Source: Verrucomicrobiota bacterium (GTDB taxonomy: Bacteria; Verrucomicrobiota; Verrucomicrobiia; Opitutales; Seribacteraceae). From it: 64,000 nt of DNA. Both the position numbers and the translations under genes were made by a program. The notes below the pieces were generated by a model. It was given only the letters and a program-made list of their open reading frames with translations, searched no databases and had not been told where the DNA came from. Positions 9,538-20,200 of this stretch are shown piece by piece; position 1 is the first letter of the stretch, and every line of letters starts with the position of its first letter. The stretch covers positions 1 through 64,000 of the forward strand of contig JAQBYT010000018.1 of NCBI GenBank assembly GCA_027622665.1, given 5' to 3'.

Positions 9538-10986
9538 TTATTTGTGACCCAGCGCTTTCTTTATGGCGGCCTTGATTTCAGGGACTTCGCCATAGGGGTC
9601 TTCATACTTTCTACAATAGCTTGCCAGTGCTTTTGTTAGACTTAGCACGACTGACGAGTACTTTGGTATTTCGTAACAGTTATCCATTTCATCGGGATCC
9701 TCAGCCAAGTCGAAGAGCCAGGGTTCGTCCATAGCGGAAAAAACAAGCTTATGGTTGTCGGCTACGGCGCAAAGCCATGGTTTACCTGCACTGGTGGAAC
9801 GAATGAAGGCGATGTCGTTCCATTCCTTCCCCTCTCCGCGAAAGAGGGCGGAGGCGTCTCTCCCCTGTTCCTCTCCGACTGTGTTGACCTCCATCAGAGA
9901 GAGTGTCGTGGGGAGGAAGTCGACACAGCTTAGGGCCTCGTTCACGATAGTTCCCGCAGGCACCTGGCCGGGGCAGTGGAGCAAGAAGGGGATTCGAGCC
10001 GAGCCCTCGTAGGGTACGCCTTTGTTTATGCGCCCATGCTCTCCGCAGAGGTCGCCGTGGTCGGCAGTGAATACGATGAGCGTACGATCGATAATCTTGT
10101 TTTTTCTCAGGGATTCCAAGATTCGCCCCACGTTGTCGTCCAAGCATTTAACCATGCCGTAGTATTTCGGCATGATCGAGCGTACGGTGTCGGCGGTAAG
10201 TCGGGGACCTTGCCTGCCGCCCCATTTCGGAGTTTGAGCCAAGGTCTTTGTCAGCGATCGAGGTATGGGTACCTTGGCGTCGGCATACATGACGTCATAG
10301 GGAGCTCGCACCGTGTTGGGGCCATGCGGGTCGGGATAGTCCACCATATAGCAGAAAGGCTTGCTTCGATTGAGGTTCACGAAGTCGATTACTTTGTCCG
10401 TAAGCCAGTCGGTGGAGAAACTTTTCTCGTCGGCTCCCGCAACGTCGTAATTGGGTTTTCCGTTACGGCGAGCAGCGACTCTTGGACCGTCATCAGTATC
10501 CTCGAACTTTTTCCAGTGCCCACGGTTGAACATGAAGCGATTGTCGTCCCAGCCGAATTTCCGTTTTGGTTCCCACTGCGGTTTGCCGTTTCCATCGAGA
10601 TGCCACTTTCCTGCATAACCGGTGGCATATCCTTTCCGCCGTAGAATTTCGGCGAAGGTCACGATCTTGTCATCGAGTCGAATGTTGTTGTTGGTTACCG
10701 GAGTGTGCTGCGGATAGCGACCGCTCATTAGTGCCCCGCGGGAAGGAGAGCAGACGGGGGTGGTTGCATAAAAGCTGGTGCAAATTGCACCGCTGTTTCC
10801 GATCCAGTCTATGTTTGGCGTCCCAACGATTTTCCCGCCATAGCAGCCAAGCGTCTTGAAATGATGCTCGTCGGTCTGAATGACGAGCAGGTTCAGGGAA
10901 TCATTCTGGTTCGTCCCAAAGGTCGGCAGAGAAAGATTCATGAGAATGAAAAGTGGCAATGCTAATGAGGCAAACGGGGATTTCAT
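9538..10986 (-). CDS. Formylglycine-dependent (S1) sulfatase
   Basis: NLLVIQTDE, CSPSR (CxPxR), GKWHL, FTADHG and LFDLAEDPDE. A signal peptide starts at the ATG at 10986 (MKSPF...). Confidence 0.92.
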   Translation of the reverse strand: MKSPFASLALPLFILMNLSLPTFGTNQNDSLNLLVIQTDEHHFKTLGCYGGKIVGTPNIDWIGNSGAICTSFYATTPVCSPSRGALMSGRYPQHTPVTNNNIRLDDKIVTFAEILRRKGYATGYAGKWHLDGNGKPQWEPKRKFGWDDNRFMFNRGHWKKFEDTDDGPRVAARRNGKPNYDVAGADEKSFSTDWLTDKVIDFVNLNRSKPFCYMVDYPDPHGPNTVRAPYDVMYADAKVPIPRSLTKTLAQTPKWGGRQGPRLTADTVRSIMPKYYGMVKCLDDNVGRILESLRKNKIIDRTLIVFTADHGDLCGEHGRINKGVPYEGSARIPFLLHCPGQVPAGTIVNEALSCVDFLPTTLSLMEVNTVGEEQGRDASALFRGEGKEWNDIAFIRSTSAGKPWLCAVADNHKLVFSAMDEPWLFDLAEDPDEMDNCYEIPKYSSVVLSLTKALASYCRKYEDPYGEVPEIKAAIKKALGHK

Positions 10987-11106
10987 GACAAAGGTTTTCT
11001 GCTCGTTATCGAAGCCACCTTTATTCGTAGTGGTAATACGATTACCATTTATCGAATAAGTGCACGGGTCAATTCGCGGATTAAGCTGAAGAGGCAAAAT
11101 ACCAAC

Positions 11107-11146
11107 AAAAGAAAAGGGCCCGGAGATTACTCTCCGAACCCTCTTC
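11107..11146 (-). terminator. Intrinsic terminator ending the putative ncRNA
   Basis: Minus strand reads GAAGAGGGTTCGGAGA-GTAA-TCTCCGGGCCCTTTTC followed by TTTT: a long stem, a GNRA loop and a U-rich tail. Confidence 0.8.
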
Positions 11147-11149
11147 AAA

Positions 11150-11740
11150 AAGGTGGGACGGCGTTCGCCACACGCTCGTTCCCGGATACCGGCATTTGGT
11201 ACTCATCCAAGGGTGAAAGCTGCCGGTTTCCCGACGTCATTCAAGGAAACAAGGCCTTATTGCGTCCATAATTAAAGAGACGTCGTCAAGTTTCCTCTAC
11301 AAATTAGAGTGAGGCTTCTTGGCCAATCGCTCGTGTATCTTACGACGGGCTTACGATTCACTCGGAACAGCATCGTTGCATAATGACGCCATCCCTCTTT
11401 TCGCAGTGTCTGCCCCACAGCGAGCTGTGGCTGTTCGCCCCGCTCTACGTGTCTCGCTCTTCTAGCCTACGGTCATTTTAAGCAACTCGTCCAATGCCTT
11501 GCGGCACGATGAGAAATCGTAGCGTTACCTTTCGCGCGATGCGAATTTTTACGCTTCTACTTGAGGTGACTTGGTCTCCAAAACCCCGAAGGATTCGATC
11601 AATTTGACGCCCTTGCCGTCTTCGGTCATCTCAAACCTATCTGGACTGTCGTGGGAACGACCTGACTCTTTCGGTGACCGCCTGCGAAAACCAGTCGAGA
11701 CCCGATCATGTTTTCGCTTTCATTCTTTCAAAGAACCACC
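11150..11740 (-). ncRNA. Candidate large structured ncRNA (~590 nt; MISL/ROOL/GOLLD-class candidate, family unconfirmed)
   Basis: No credible ORF. Hairpins capped by GCAA, GAAA and UUCG loops on the minus strand, long-range complementary segments, a boxA-like 5' end and a terminator at the 3' end. Confidence 0.65.
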
Positions 11741-11749
11741 ATCAATGTA
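11726..11749 (-). promoter_or_regulatory. Putative -10 box (TACATT) and boxA-like antitermination element (GTTCTTTGAAA)
   Basis: Minus strand TACATT at 11749-11744 and GTTCTTTGAAA at 11736-11726, resembling the rRNA-leader boxA. The upstream region is AT-rich and no clear -35 was found. Confidence 0.4.
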
Positions 11750-11899
11750 TGGGCACATATTTCAATGTTGAAATACATTTCACAAATTATTTATAATCAT
11801 AAAGTTGAGAATAGTTAGAGTAATCTTCTCCATCCCCAAAAGTTGTTATTTCCATGAAATTCTCTTGCTGTCGAGAATCATCGAAGATTCCATGAACAT

Positions 11900-12562
11900 A
11901 TGAAAATGAATACAGCTCACCTTCTTCGCCGCAACTTCTTGAGAGACTCGGTTCTCGCCGCCGGTTTGCTTACTGTTCCCGGTGCCTTCGCCGAGCGACT
12001 TACACTTACTCCGCAGCAAACCCCAGGACCTTTTTACCCCAACAAGTTACCTCTGGATACCGATAACGACTTGCTTGTCCTTAATGATTCCTTGACTCCT
12101 GCAGTTGGTCAAATCACACATCTGTCCGGTCGCGTACTAGACATTAAGGGAAACCCTCTCCGGAATGCCGTTGTCGAAATTTGGCAAGTCGATGGTAATG
12201 GCATATACATGCATCCCCGTGGCGGGAACCGTAGCAAGCTTGACGCTCATTTTCAAGGATACGGTCGATTTCTAACCGGTTCGACCGGTGAATATTATTT
12301 TCGTACGATCAAGCCCGAACCCTATCCTGGACGAGCTCCTCACATTCATGTCGCAGTGAAAACGAGAGGACATAAGAAATTCACTACTCAATGCTACGTC
12401 AAAGGTGATCCGAGAAACGCCAAGGACTTTATCTTTAAAAGCCTTCGCGATGCGAAGGTGAAGGCTTCGGTGGAAGTTGACCTCAAGAACATTGCCGGAT
12501 CCAAGATCGACGAAGTTGCTGGTCGCTTCGACATTGTTCTCGGTTACACTCCCGAGGGGTAA
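11900..12562 (+). CDS. Intradiol ring-cleavage dioxygenase-like protein (protocatechuate 3,4-dioxygenase family) with Tat signal
   Basis: Twin-arginine motif LRRNFL, plus GPFYP, VEIWQVDGNGIY, YFRTIKP and YPGRAPHIH (Tyr/His iron ligands). Confidence 0.85.
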   Translation: MKMNTAHLLRRNFLRDSVLAAGLLTVPGAFAERLTLTPQQTPGPFYPNKLPLDTDNDLLVLNDSLTPAVGQITHLSGRVLDIKGNPLRNAVVEIWQVDGNGIYMHPRGGNRSKLDAHFQGYGRFLTGSTGEYYFRTIKPEPYPGRAPHIHVAVKTRGHKKFTTQCYVKGDPRNAKDFIFKSLRDAKVKASVEVDLKNIAGSKIDEVAGRFDIVLGYTPEG

Positions 12563-12815
12563 CTCGGACAGAGTCGGAACTCTCCATTTCCTTTGGAAAA
12601 AGACCGTATACCGTAGACCATCTGACTGTGCTGAGGGCGGCCAAATCTTACCCGAAATCACTTTCGGTTATTGGAGTAATCTGCAAGGTCTGCTGGGATG
12701 TTCGGTGAATCGGGGAAGTCTGCTGTGGAGATCAGCAAACTTGCACATGGAATAATGAAGAGTGAGGCAAGCCTAGCGTAGAGTTTAGTTTCATTCCAGC
12801 TTGGTCCAAGCAACT

Positions 12816-14153
12816 TCACTTCTTCTTCGTATTGTCCTTTTTTCTCTTTGGCTCACCCGGTAACTTGGTGCTAGTTATGGTGCGGATTCCCTTGTAACCG
12901 GAAAGCGCCTTGGCCAATTTTCGGTAGGCGATGGAGTCGCTTTCTTTGAGCGCATGTTGGGACAAAGGATGTTTTTCCAATTGGTCTTTCGAGAGATCGT
13001 AGAACTTCCCGTCACCATAGAGCTTGTAGCGCTGGTCGCGGGTGAATTCCTGTCCTTTGGGTCCACCGTTACGAGCGTACCATAAGTATATCCAATCCCG
13101 CTGTTCGTAGCTGGAACCTGTGAGGAGAGGGTAAATGCTACGACCATCGATCTTCAGGTTCGGCGGTATTTCATATCCTGCTGTATCGCACAGGGTAGGG
13201 AGGATATCGGAGAAATCTATGATTTCCTGCCTGACTTGGCCGGACTTTATCGTGCCCGGCCAGTTAGCGATGAAGGGAACGCGGTTGCCGGCGTCCGGCA
13301 TCGAACCCTTGCCGCCCTTGACGATCGTTCCATCTTTCATTTTGGAGGTAATGCCTGTGTAGGTGCCATTGTCACAGGTGAAAATAACGAGAGTGTTTTC
13401 CCGTATTCCGAGATCATCGATCTTGGTGACTAGCTTCTTTACGATTTTATCCACATAGGTCACCATGTCCTGAAAGTGAGGTTTGTTCCATTTGTTCTTT
13501 GGCCATTCCTTGGTTTCCTTGGGGTCCCAATCCTTGCTGTCGGGTGTCGGCTGAAAGGGCCAGTGGGGAAGGATCATGGGGTAATAGGCGAGGAACGGGC
13601 CTTCCTTATTCCGTTCCATGAAGTCACAAAGATAATCGCTAACGAGATCGGGACCATACTCTCCTTTATCGTAATTAAATTCTTTTCCATTTGTTTCCAG
13701 TCCGGGGTTCGGATAACGGCTCGGGCGGCGAGTTAGTTGCCAAAGGGAATATTCGTCGAATCCAAACTTGTTCGGTCCCTCGAAACCGCCTTCCAATTGC
13801 CATTTTCCAGCGATGCATGTCTTGTAACCAGCCTTCTTTACGAGGTTGCCGAAGGTGGTGGCTCGTGGATCGAGAAGAGCGAATCTGACATAGTTGCGGG
13901 CATTCGATATGCCGGTCATGATTTTTACGCGACTTGGTGTGCAAATGGGCTGAGAGTGGGCGTGTTCGAATCGCATGCCCCCTTGGGCGAGATTATCGAG
14001 GAAAGGCGTATTGTAGTCTGCTCCACCATTGGCTCCGAGACATTCGTAGCCCATATCGTCGGCCATAATGAGAACGATGTTCGGTTGTTTCTTGGCAGAA
14101 CCGAAGCAGGGCATGAGTAAAATAAATACGAGCAGTACTGTTTTGAGCTTCAT
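12816..14153 (-). CDS. Formylglycine-dependent (S1) sulfatase
   Basis: PNIVLIMADDMG, CTPSR, AGKWQL, FTCDNG and RVPFIANWPG. A signal peptide starts at the ATG at 14153. Confidence 0.92.
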   Translation of the reverse strand: MKLKTVLLVFILLMPCFGSAKKQPNIVLIMADDMGYECLGANGGADYNTPFLDNLAQGGMRFEHAHSQPICTPSRVKIMTGISNARNYVRFALLDPRATTFGNLVKKAGYKTCIAGKWQLEGGFEGPNKFGFDEYSLWQLTRRPSRYPNPGLETNGKEFNYDKGEYGPDLVSDYLCDFMERNKEGPFLAYYPMILPHWPFQPTPDSKDWDPKETKEWPKNKWNKPHFQDMVTYVDKIVKKLVTKIDDLGIRENTLVIFTCDNGTYTGITSKMKDGTIVKGGKGSMPDAGNRVPFIANWPGTIKSGQVRQEIIDFSDILPTLCDTAGYEIPPNLKIDGRSIYPLLTGSSYEQRDWIYLWYARNGGPKGQEFTRDQRYKLYGDGKFYDLSKDQLEKHPLSQHALKESDSIAYRKLAKALSGYKGIRTITSTKLPGEPKRKKDNTKKK

Positions 14154-14166
14154 ATTTATTCGTGAT

Positions 14167-14198
14167 CTCGGGAATCCTCCCGAGGTGCAGAATGCACC
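14167..14198. other. Two adjacent short inverted repeats between the giant gene and the sulfatase
   Basis: CTCGGGA-ATCC-TCCCGAG (14167-14184) and GGTGCA-GAA-TGCACC (14184-14198), with no U-tract. Confidence 0.5.
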
Positions 14199-14212
14199 CA
14201 TGCGGCTGTGGT

Positions 14213-17200
14213 TTAAGGAGTGGTAATACGGAGGCGAAGGAAATTACGACCACCGGAAGGAAGAGGTGCATCGGTTTCGTAGACTATGCGTTCCATTTCA
14301 CCACCTAAATCGACTCTGCGTGGGGACGACTTGAATCCAGAACTAGTCCATGTTCGTAAATCAGTACTTTTTTCGATATGGTATTGGAAATTTTCATCAG
14401 TAGTCTCTAGGGGCGACTTGAATCTAACGATGGAGATAGCTTGATTACTGGTGTTCAACTGGCCACGAAATGGTAAGTCTTTCCAGTTGTCAGGACCAAG
14501 AGAATCCGAACCAATGGCTCGCTCGAATAGATTACTGAAGCCGTCCCCATCGGAATCGCTGTAATCCTCATCGAAAACCTTCTTCGCCTCCACTTCGGAT
14601 AGACCTTCGCGAGCTATTAGTCGTCGTACGAATCGTTCCCTCGTGCCATCGTAACGTACATCTCCTCGCCGAAAGTCAATCCATGCCTTTTGGGTTGGCT
14701 TGACAACTGTCAGCAAACGGGTCGCGGGAGGGGCTGGAACGAACTGGTCATTCCCCGGGGCAGTGATGCTAAGTTCAACAGTTCCAATTCCTACGGGAAC
14801 AACGCGATGTCCGTCCACTACCCTGACACGAGTGGAATTGGAACTGGTTATTTGCAAGGGTATTCCCCCGCTCGAAGAGACCCCTTGAAGAATAAAGGCC
14901 CGATGGTTCATGGGCATATCTCGCACACCACCTTTTTCACCCGTATTTGGAAATCGTATTTCCTGTCTTTGTTTTGTCGTCACTTGGAAGACATGATTTA
15001 CGGGTGTGGCGGCATGCACGTAAGCACTCCCACTTTGATTTGCAGTGATACTTATCTCTCCGGCAATTCCATCAAGAGTTACGACACCAGATGAGTCGAC
15101 TGAAGCATGGCCGTATTCAACTGTGAAAATAACCGGCAGACTGAAAACTGGATGATGTTCGCCGGAAGAAATTGCGCTCGCGATCAATTGGAATGGTGGG
15201 TCGTCCCTAGTCTTTTCTACGACTATGGGCACGAATGTGATATTTTGATCGTCCTTGGTGACTGGTGGAATTACATGCAATTGCAAGCTAACCGGATGAG
15301 CTGGGTCATAACGGTCGTCGCCGACTTGCATGGCGGTGATGGTCGTGGTGCCCGCATCTATAACGGTCACGAGAGTACCGGAAATTACAGCAACATTCGG
15401 ATTCGAAGAGACATAGAATACCGGAAGGCCTGAAGATGCGAAGGCGGTGAGAGGGAATGAAGAATCACCAACGGCCTTCTCCACCAAGGGAGGGAAAGTG
15501 ATCGTTTGAGAACCTCCGAAGGTTGGCGGGGTCGAACGGAATGGATGAATGGAAGAGAGTGAGTCGGTGATTCCCCATTTGTGGGCAAGGTAGCCCTCGA
15601 TCTTTTGACGGTTTACGGAATTTACATCCTGATTATAGATTAGGGCTTCGGCGATTTCGCCAGTAAATCCGTTGCCGACCTTGTCTAATGCTTGTACTTC
15701 CCCATTAACTCCACCTGCCTCAATTACTTCACCATCGATCCACAGGGATTGGCTACCGGGAGTTACCCGCAGAGCATTGACGGACCAACTCGAACTGCTG
15801 ATGTTCGATTTGAGATTTACGCCTGCGGTTTCTCGATGAAGACCAAAATAACCGTAAGCGTCGGTGGTGCTAATATCTCCACCCAGAACTTTAGACGACC
15901 CGATGCCGTTTTGTTTGTGGACTAGGAAAATGACACGAGCTGCCGGAACTTCATTGTCTATGTCAAAGGATTCGCTCTGATCAAATCTCACGACTGCTTT
16001 TTCATTGAGAGTATTGGGCTGCCAGACAGGCATGTTGTTCGAGTTGCCTTGGATGGGATTGTTAGTGTTTCCGGATTTGTCGCCCCAAAGACTGATTTTG
16101 TTGCCCGGAAGGAAGTCGGTAGGCTCGTCGCGATATTGATCACCATTGACGTCGTTGCCGTCGAACCAGAGTTTCAGTCCGGGAGCTGAATCACTGAAAA
16201 GATTACCGTAACCTATGGTAAAGGATTGGGTCACGGAGGTTGCCATTTCATATCGGTTGTCTCCTGTTTGCAATGCAGTGAGAGTCGCGACTCCAGGTCC
16301 ATGTACGCTTGCAGTATTTCCTGCCACCGTGGCAAGTGCCGGGTCGGATGTGGTAAATGACACGGGGAGCCCCGAGCTGGAATATGCGGAAATAGTAAAG
16401 GGGAAGTCGCCGACGGAGTGATCATGAATCGCCTCAAAAGTGATGGTTTGAGGAACTTTCCAGACCGTCATGTAATTGTCCACGGGCAACGCAGATTCAT
16501 AATCATCATTTCCAGCTTGTCGTGCCGTTGTTTTTGTTGTGCCCGCGCCTATGATTTCCACTTTGTTGAAATCTCCTCCAGTCTGCCCATGAATTAGAGC
16601 AATTGTCGAATCTCCGAGTGCAGAGTCATACACACGAAGGTCATCCACCTTCCCGGACATTGAAGCTAAAGCATCTCCGACATACAGAGCTGATAGTCTG
16701 CTTGCTAGGTTGATGCCGCTTATAGCAACCCCAGTAAGTTCGCTTGATTTGTTGCCGTCTGCATATAGAAGAAGGGATCCATTTGCATCCTTACTGTAAA
16801 CTAGTGCAAGGTGAGTCCATTTGTCGTTGGTTAGGATGGGGGTCGAGGAGGATATTTTTACAGTACTGGCATTTCCATCTTGGTGGAAAGTTGCCGTAAC
16901 GAAACCATCCGTGGCATTTTGCTCTATCCGAAAAACTTGCATCGGGACAATATTGTCCTTGGACAGAATTACCGCCCCATCGGTAGAAGTATCTTCAGGT
17001 TTAACCCACAAACTGATGGTGAATTCTTCTTTTAGAGGAACACCACCGAGGTGAACGTATCCGTTTGGCGTTCCCAAGGAAATCGCGTTGTCGAACTTGC
17101 CTTTAGTCCATGCTTTGCCGTTTCCGGTACTAACAAGGTTCACAAGAGTGCCATTGTAATTACCGCGTTCGTCTTTAGCGGAGTTGTAAAGATTTTCATC

Positions 17201-20200
17201 AAACTTCCAATAGGCTATCAGGTTGTCTTGCGCAGTGACTCGAAGTCGGGCGATATTTGTATCTTCTATTTGGTACAGGAGTGGAAGTAGAGTGGCATTC
17301 CCATCTTCATCGAATGAATTTCCGAGTAACTGGAATGGGAGAGAGTCGGCGGCTACATTTGTCAAATTCTGATCAAAGATGAGAATTTGTGACTTCTTGT
17401 CGCTTACGGTAAGCACTCCGCTCAAGTAGGTGAAGAAATAATTGGAGGCATTAACTTCCTCAGGTATGATTTTATAAGCTCCAGCAGGACTGCCGACATT
17501 CGCAATGGTGGTTATATCCACCGGACTTAAGAGTGAACTATTGTTCTCTCCGTTAACGAAACCAGTAAGATCATAGGTGAGGTCTGGATTGGGTTCGCCG
17601 GTTTTACGAAATTGGTTATGTGCCTTGATTACGAGTTCCGCCTTACCTATTTGAATCCGTCGCAAAACATTTTTGGCGGGATACCAGTTTTCATTTCCTG
17701 CTTGTGAAACCCTGATGCCTACCATGCCGGGTCCTTTGATGCTCAAGCGACTCCCATTGAGGTCTACTGCTTGCGAACCGGATACTATTTCAAATGAAAC
17801 CGGCAAGCCTGATGTTGCGGATGCATTTAAATCAATGGGAGGGGCTCCATATCGCAAACCCGCAAGAGTTTGCTGAAATGAAATGCTTTGTCTCCCTCGA
17901 AGCACTTCTAAATTTATGGTTCCCGTGTCTATTCCGGAGGGGTTTCCCACGGTTACTTGAACATTGAAAGAACCAGTAGCTTCGGGTCTTCCGGAAATGA
18001 TCCCAGTGGCGTAGTCAACGGCAAGCCCTTGGGGCAGGTTGGTAGCGTTGAAATCGGTGGGACCTTTTGTGGCCGTGATTTGATAAGAGTAGTCCATTCC
18101 ATATCTAGCAACCAGTGCGGAATCTCGTAGATTGTAAACTGCATCAAGTTCTTCGATGGTAAGAGCTCGGTTGAATACTCTGAAATCGTCGAATACACCA
18201 TCGGTCATTGGAGATTGAGAAGGCATGCCGCCAATATAGAGGCTATTGTCAGTACCTTCCCAATCCAGAATGCCGGAAGTAGGCACTGCTGTGGTAGCCT
18301 CCGCAGCATTGAGGAATAGCCTAAGTTTTGTTCCATCGTAACTGAGGGCATAATGATACCATTCATCCAATGCGAAGGGTGTCCAATCCGTGCTTTTCCA
18401 ACTTCCTTGCGTTAGAGCGGGTCCAATGAACGCTCGACCTCTTACGAAACCGTCAAGAGCTTCTACTCGGAATTGTCCGCTTCTCAAAAGGTGGGCATTC
18501 AAGTCGGAGGTTTTAGCCCAAAAGGTGACGGCGAAAGAAGCTGAAAGTCCGAATGCGGTCTGAGACTCGATAGTGGCTACGTCATTCACCCCATCGAATT
18601 TTACGCCAAGACCTTCCCTGCCAGCTTGTCTAGCTTCCACGGGATCTTCGAAATTGAGAAGCGTACCCGTTTTACCATTGCCCGAGGCATCTGTCAGAAT
18701 CGTGCCGTTGTTCTCATCGAAGCTCCAGTGAGCCAAGGGCATGATGGGCAACTGAATCTTCGGTCGATTGTCGAATGAAGGAGGACCGTCTTGATACGGA
18801 TGCCCTCCGAAATCTCCGTTCCCGCTACCGTACAGTTCGGATACGTCCAAGGTGGTCAGTGCTCGAGAATATATTCGAAGTTCGTCCAGCTTTTCGGTGA
18901 ATCGTTCATCGCCCGCTTCGAAATTTCCTATCACGCCAACATTGTTCTTGGCTACTAGACTACTTTCTCCAACGAGATTTCCGTCGATGTAAAAGACAGT
19001 CTTGGCGTTGTCGACGTCACCCACGGCAACGAGATGATGCCAGCCAGTCGAGAGGGTGTTGGCAGTGAAGCCCGAACCGGTAAAGCCGTTGAGTGTATTA
19101 TATACTCCAAGCTGACGATCCCCTGCTGCGTCAAACACGACATGGCGATCGTTTGAAGTCGCGGCAACCAACGTATGCTGCAGGAGGGTTCCGGTATCTG
19201 TCAGAGGTGCGGTGAACCATGCTGAAACAGTCCAGTTTGATCCCATCGGAACTTCGTTTACCCCCAGCGAAATATTTGAATTACCTCCGGGAACTCGGAT
19301 GCCGGAACCGAACTGGCCGGAAACCTGCAAGTCGGCATCGGCAATGTTAATTAAGGTGCCTTGTCGGTTTTTTGGGGAACTGTCATATACATTGGAACCA
19401 TCCACTTCTTCGAAGTTGAAGTAAAGCTCGAGATCTTGCTTTACCTTGTAAGAATTGCCGACGAGATCATCCGTAACTTCCCATTTGTGGGCAAGGTAAC
19501 CTTCAACCATCTGAACTTCAGCCTCCGGCAAAAAACGATCGAATACGAGGATCTCCGCAATGTCGCCAATGAATTGTCCATAACCTGTGGCAGGATCATT
19601 CCCGACGGACACTCGATCGATGTTTGTAGATTCGTTGTTGTATGAAGCTAAACGCGAGCCAGGTTTGACATCCAGAGTCCAACCCGAGGAACCATCGTCG
19701 GCACCTATTGCCACTCCTCCCCCTTTAGCCACCGCGAACGCATGAACGCCTCCGACTTCAGCACGAAGGGTGCCGACGTTTAAATATTCGCCTGAAGCAA
19801 AACGCACAGCTGGGCGCCCATCAAAGGATGATGTAATGTAAATGGGGCGGAAACCACCCACTGTTTGAGTTGCATTTTGCCCGCTCTTTGACTTGTCCGT
19901 CCACTTGCCGATCGGTTGGTCGGGGAGGATGTTGTCCGATTCTCCGTCCCCATCGATATCATTCGCATCCAGCCAAAACACCAACCCGTCCAAGGTATAC
20001 TTTGTAAGCCGAGAGTCACTCGCGGTGAAGAACTTATGCAAGGGTGACCAATAGCTGCCGCCAATGTTTTCTGCATGAGCTCGGAAGAAGTAACGCTTGT
20101 CGGCTTCGAGATTGCTGAGTTCTGTCGAAACGGGTCCCAGTCCAACGGGTTGTCCTTCGTTGATGACGGCGACCTGATCCCAATTTGCCGAGTTGTTGGC

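Noticed and set aside
9527..9540. TAACC-TAGG-GGTTA palindrome spanning two convergent stop codons
   Set aside because: The 5-bp stem is largely explained by the two TAA stops and is too weak to call a terminator.
10987..11148. N-terminal extension of the sulfatase ORF to 11148
   Set aside because: It runs through the terminator hairpin, and a normal signal peptide starts at the ATG at 10986.
11150..11740. tmRNA, RNase P RNA, rRNA fragment or self-splicing intron as the identity of the structured region
   Set aside because: There is no tRNA-like end (GGGG...TTCGA...CCA). GAGGAAACTT does not match the RNase P GAGGAAAGUCC motif. I saw no rRNA conserved tracts and no interrupted host gene.
11571..11771. 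66-aa + strand ORF
   Set aside because: TTG start, no recognisable motif, and antisense to the structured RNA candidate.
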